A DNA stretch of 64,000 nt from Chloroflexota bacterium (GTDB lineage: Bacteria > Chloroflexota > Limnocylindria > Limnocylindrales > CSP1-4), in NCBI GenBank assembly GCA_040755495.1, contig JBFMAT010000001.1, forward strand, positions 101,009 to 165,008. The letters run 5' to 3'. Each line of letters begins with the position of its first letter. The stretch's first letter is position 1. A model generated the notes under the pieces. The model was given only the letters and a program-made list of their open reading frames with translations. It made no database searches and was not told the DNA's origin. Below are positions 60,879-64,000 of the stretch, one piece after another. The position numbers and the translations under genes are program-made.

Positions 60879-61726
60879 TGACGACCCGGGGTGCCCGTGG
60901 CCGGCTGCGCGTGGGCGTGGCCAAGCTCGCGTCCTGCGACGGCTGCCAGCTGACCATCCTCGACCTCGAGGAGGAGCTGCTCGCGATCGCCGAGCGGATC
61001 GACATCGTGGAGTTCCCGGAGGCCAGCTCGCTGCGCTCGGCCGGGCCGTACGACGTCCTGCTGGTGGAGGGCTCGGTGAGCTCGCCCGACCAGGCCGCCG
61101 AGATCGTGGAGCTGCGCCGCCAGACGAAGACGCTGGTCACGATCGGCGCCTGCGCCACGGCCGGCGGCATCCAGGCGCTGCGCAACTGGTCCGATCACGA
61201 GGCGTTCCGGACCGCGGTCTACCCCCGGCCGGAGCTCGTGGAATCGCTCGACACCGCAACGCCGATCAGCGATCACGTCAAGGTGGACGCCCAGCTGGTG
61301 GGCTGCCCGATCAGCCCCGACCACCTGCGCGAGCTGCTGGCCGCCCTGCTCGTGGGTCGCCGGCCGCAGATCCGCGAGGAGGCCGTGTGCCTCGAGTGCA
61401 AGCGCCGTGGCTACGTGTGCGTGATGGTGGCGACCGGGACGCCGTGCCTCGGCCCGCTGACCCAGACCGGGTGCGGGGCGCTGTGCCCGGCCTTCGGGCG
61501 GGGCTGCTACGGGTGCTTCGGCCCACGCGAGCAGCCGCACGGGGAGAGCCTGGCCAGGACGTTCGCGGACCTCACCGCGGGGCCCGCGGACGTGGCGCGG
61601 CTGTTCGCCGGGTTCACGGCCTGGACGCCGCCGTTCCGCGCGATCGTGGACCAGCACGGGGGCCCGCCGGGACGGACGCCGGGCGGTCCGGCGACCAAGG
61701 AAGGAGTCGGCGATGCACGGCGATGA
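60878..61726 (+). CDS. hyhS: Group 3b [NiFe]-hydrogenase small (delta) subunit
   Basis: Part of ORF 59666..61726. The ATG at 60878 overlaps the previous TGA by 1 nt. Contains LASCDGCQ, GACATAGG, CLECKRRG, CLGPLTQTGCGALCP and GCYGCFGP. Confidence 0.85.
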   Translation: MTTRGARGRLRVGVAKLASCDGCQLTILDLEEELLAIAERIDIVEFPEASSLRSAGPYDVLLVEGSVSSPDQAAEIVELRRQTKTLVTIGACATAGGIQALRNWSDHEAFRTAVYPRPELVESLDTATPISDHVKVDAQLVGCPISPDHLRELLAALLVGRRPQIREEAVCLECKRRGYVCVMVATGTPCLGPLTQTGCGALCPAFGRGCYGCFGPREQPHGESLARTFADLTAGPADVARLFAGFTAWTPPFRAIVDQHGGPPGRTPGGPATKEGVGDARR

Positions 61727-63068
61727 CGGCGGCACCCTGTCCGTCGCCGCGCCCGGCGCCGAGCGCGAGTTCCGGGTCGAGTACCTGACCCGGGTCGAGG
61801 GCGAGGGGACGCTCCTGCTCCGCGTCCGGGGCACGGAGGTCGTGGAGGCGCGCCTCAAGATCTTCGAGGCGCCGCGCTACTTCGAGCGCCTGGTGGTGGG
61901 GCGGACCGGCGACGAGGTGATCGACATCGTCGCCCGGATCTGCGGCATCTGCCCGATCGCGTACCAGATGTCCGCCGTCCACGCGTTCGAGGACCTGTAC
62001 GGGGTCGAGATCGATCCCTCCGTGCGGGCCCTGCGACGGCTGCTGTACTGCGGCGAATGGATCCAGAGCCACGCGCTCCACGTGTACCTGCTCCATGCCC
62101 CCGACTACCTGGGCTACCCGTCGGCGCTGGCGATGGCGGCCGACCACCGCGCGGTCGTCGAGCAGGGGCTGGCGATCAAGCGGGTGGGCAACCAGCTGAT
62201 CGCGGCCCTCGGCGGGCGGGCCGTGCACCCCGTCTCGGTGCGCGTGGGCGGCTTCTCACGGGCGCCCCGGCGGCGCGACCTCGACGCCGTCCGACGGGCG
62301 CTGGACACGGCCGTCGAGCAGTCCCGGGAGACCGTGCGGCTCGTGGCCTCGTGGGATCCGCCGGCGCTCGAGCACGCCCAGCCCCTGGTGGCCCTGCGCC
62401 ACGCCGCCGAGTACCCCTACAACGACGGCCGGATCGTGTCCACGGACGGCCTGGACCTCGCGCCCGGGGCATGGCGCGAGGCGTTCGCGGAGCAGCAGGT
62501 CGAGGGCACCAACGCGCTCCACGCCCGGACCCACGAGGGAGCCGTGTACCTGCTCGGCCCGACGGCGCGGATCACCCTCGCCGCGGACCAGCTGCATCCG
62601 CTCGCGTCCGAGGCCCTCGCCGCGACCGGCCTCCGGGACGCGATCCGGGTCAACATCCACCGCTCGATCGTCGCCCGCGCGGTCGAGCTCCTCCACGCCT
62701 GCGCCGAGGCGCGCGACCTCATCGACGGGTACCGCCCGCCCGTTGAGCCGCGCGTCGCCTTCACGCCGCGGCCCGGGGTTGCCGCCTGGTCCACGGAGGC
62801 CCCCCGCGGCCTCCTCCACCACCGGTACGAGGTCGACGAGCAGGGGCACGTCCTCCATGCCCAGATCGTCCCCCCGACCAGCCAGAACCAGGGGGCCATC
62901 GAGGCCGATCTCGCGGCGTTCGCCCCGAGCGTCCTCGACCTCCCGCAGGCCGAGGCCACCAAGCGCCTCGAGATGCTGATCCGGGCGTACGACCCGTGCA
63001 TCAGCTGTGCCACTCACTTCCTCGACCTGTCGATCGTGGAAGCGGGGGCCGAGGAGTGGACCGGATGA
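61713..63068 (+). CDS. hyhL: Group 3b [NiFe]-hydrogenase large (alpha) subunit
   Basis: ORF 61713..63068. Contains RVEGEG, RICGICPIAY (N-terminal CxxC) and DPCISCATH (C-terminal CxxC-x2-H), followed by a 16-aa cleavable extension. Confidence 0.9.
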   Translation: MHGDDGGTLSVAAPGAEREFRVEYLTRVEGEGTLLLRVRGTEVVEARLKIFEAPRYFERLVVGRTGDEVIDIVARICGICPIAYQMSAVHAFEDLYGVEIDPSVRALRRLLYCGEWIQSHALHVYLLHAPDYLGYPSALAMAADHRAVVEQGLAIKRVGNQLIAALGGRAVHPVSVRVGGFSRAPRRRDLDAVRRALDTAVEQSRETVRLVASWDPPALEHAQPLVALRHAAEYPYNDGRIVSTDGLDLAPGAWREAFAEQQVEGTNALHARTHEGAVYLLGPTARITLAADQLHPLASEALAATGLRDAIRVNIHRSIVARAVELLHACAEARDLIDGYRPPVEPRVAFTPRPGVAAWSTEAPRGLLHHRYEVDEQGHVLHAQIVPPTSQNQGAIEADLAAFAPSVLDLPQAEATKRLEMLIRAYDPCISCATHFLDLSIVEAGAEEWTG

Positions 63069-63586
63069 CCCAGCTCGCTCCGCCCTCCGTCCGTCTGCTC
63101 GTCTGCGGCAACGCGGATCGCGGCGACGATGGCGCGGCCCTGTCCGCCGTCGCGACGCTGCTGCCGTCGCTGCCGTCGGCCATGCTCGAGCGCCTGGAGG
63201 TGCGCCGCTGCGGCCACCTCCGGGTGGAGGACCTGCTCGAGGTGCCCGAGGGGGAGGTCGCGGTGGTCGTGGACGCGGCCGTGGGGATCGCGCCCGGCCA
63301 CGTCGTCACGCTGCCGATCCGCGACATCGTGGCTGACCCCGCCGCGCCCACGCCTCGCTCCTCGCACGAGCTGCCGGTGGACCAGGTCCTGGGGCTGGCC
63401 GACGTGATGCGCCCGGGCGGCCTGCCGGAGGGCACGTTCGTGGGCATCGGCGGACGCCGGTTCGGCTACGGGCGCCCGCTCTCACGCTCGGTGCGGCTCA
63501 ACATGCCGGCGTTCCAGGCGGCGATCGCCGCGGAGCTGTCCCGACTGACGCACGTTCCGGCGGACCGGCCCACCACGCCCGGGTAG
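63065..63586 (+). CDS. Hydrogenase maturation endopeptidase
   Basis: ORF 62996..63586 trimmed to the ATG at 63065, which overlaps the large-subunit stop (ATGA). Contains LLVCGNADRGDDGAA, ...VVVDAA..., ...SSHELP.... Confidence 0.8.
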   Translation: MTQLAPPSVRLLVCGNADRGDDGAALSAVATLLPSLPSAMLERLEVRRCGHLRVEDLLEVPEGEVAVVVDAAVGIAPGHVVTLPIRDIVADPAAPTPRSSHELPVDQVLGLADVMRPGGLPEGTFVGIGGRRFGYGRPLSRSVRLNMPAFQAAIAAELSRLTHVPADRPTTPG

Positions 63587-63701
63587 GGCGGCGCCCGCGG
63601 CCGTCGACGCCCCGCGCTTGCCCGGCCGCCCGGGCCTCGGGCCGCGGTCCACGCTGCTCTCTCGGCGCCCAGCGACCCGGCCCGGCGATCACCTCGCGCT
63701 C

Positions 63702-63849
63702 GGTCGCCCGGCGACCCAACGAGCGCACGGTGCGACGCTTCGACCGCTGGGCGCCGGGTTCGTCGCGCCCACGGGGCTCGCCGCGCAACGAACGACGCGC
63801 TGAGCGACCGATCCGTCTCGCGCTGCGCCCGGACGACCGCTGGGCGACC
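63702..63849. repeat. Four-hairpin intergenic element, copy D (148 nt)
   Basis: GGTCGCCCGGCGACC (63702-63716), GACCGCTGGGCGCCG (63742-63756), GCGCTGAGCGACC (63797-63809) and GACCGCTGGGCGACC (63835-63849). In a gapless hand alignment to 30329-30476, about 115 of 148 positions are identical. Confidence 0.65.
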
Positions 63850-63884
63850 GGAGGGGGCCCCGAGGCCCGCGGCCCGGCGACGCG

Positions 63885-64000
63885 CTAGGCGCCACCCTCC
63901 GTGGCGGGCCGGCGCAGCGCGGCCCAGGGCCGCCCCGTGGACCGGGCCACGATCACGCCGCCGATGCACAGCGCGCCGCCGGCGATCGCGACCAGCGCGG
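63885..64000 (-). CDS. 3' end of an unidentified gene (hydrophobic C-terminus); 5' part lies beyond the right edge
   Basis: Reverse-complement reading gives ...ALVAIAGGALCIGGVIVARSTGRPWAALRRPATEGGA followed by TAG (cta at 63885-63887). Too short to classify. Confidence 0.25.
   Translation of the reverse strand, partial: ALVAIAGGALCIGGVIVARSTGRPWAALRRPATEGGA

Noticed and set aside
61713-63068. Checked the hydrogenase large subunit for an in-frame TGA (selenocysteine) or a frameshift.
   Set aside because: The frame is continuous. Both CxxC motifs use Cys codons (RICGICP, DPCISCATH), so this is an ordinary [NiFe] enzyme, not a [NiFeSe] one.

Overview
This is a very GC-rich, actinobacterium-like chromosomal segment; by eye it is well above 70% G+C, and real genes have near-saturated GC3. 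It is densely packed with about 58 protein genes and one tRNA-Gly(UCC). I found no rRNA, CRISPR array, transposase, integrase or phage module. Many long ORFs in the six-frame track (for example 16530..23156, 38252..43687, 53470..56502 and 10170..13679) are stop-codon-poor antisense or read-through artefacts; only sub-segments of them are genes. Gene content, left to right:

- 1-9.5 kb: Hcy-methyltransferase fragment, DUF3788 protein, lipoprotein, lysA, DUF360 membrane protein, amidohydrolase, GNAT, DUF885 protein, ArsR plus a VOC enzyme.
- 9.9-22.5 kb: an alpha-glucan cluster with a GH13-like giant protein, a GntR regulator, a 44-aa micro-protein, two GH57 enzymes, glgP, and divergent glgA plus an ACT-domain gene.
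- 23-30 kb: secreted sortase-like protein, F420 LLM oxidoreductase, YcaQ-like protein, rocD, tRNA-Gly, a 4Fe-4S protein and two small membrane proteins.
- 30.5-33.9 kb: ECF Ni/Co transporter cbiMNQO, divergent from a Fur-family (Nur-like) regulator across a perfect 24-bp palindrome.
- 34-40 kb: fabI-crcB-DUF190, a HAD hydrolase, and two tandem M14 carboxypeptidase paralogs.
- 40-45 kb: an aldehyde dehydrogenase / class-III aminotransferase / CoA-transferase catabolic block.
- 45-51 kb: PPOX(F420)-sigJ-USP-multicopper oxidase, divergent from a GAF sensor kinase / NarL-type regulator pair.
- 51-57.6 kb: DUF385-like protein and acetyl-CoA transferase, an ~845-nt gene-free structured region, then a cyclic-2,3-DPG-synthetase-like P-loop protein, a HemN-like radical SAM enzyme and a Zn-ADH.
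- 57.8-63.6 kb: a group 3b [NiFe]-hydrogenase operon with a fused beta-gamma subunit, small subunit, large subunit and protease, headed by a stand-alone cNMP-binding-fold gene.

The most unusual signals:

1. A family of five ~148-160-nt intergenic four-hairpin elements. Hairpin spacing is conserved at 40/5x/40 nt, but the stem sequence is specific to each copy.
2. The cNMP-binding-fold gene is translationally coupled to the hydrogenase operon.
3. The Nur-box-like palindrome carries both divergent -35 boxes. The CbiO ATPase has a His-rich N-terminal tail, and CbiM has an atypical N-terminus.
4. The large non-coding structured region lies upstream of the P-loop / radical-SAM gene pair.

All functional calls come from reading the translated ORFs and recalling motifs. 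No database search was run.
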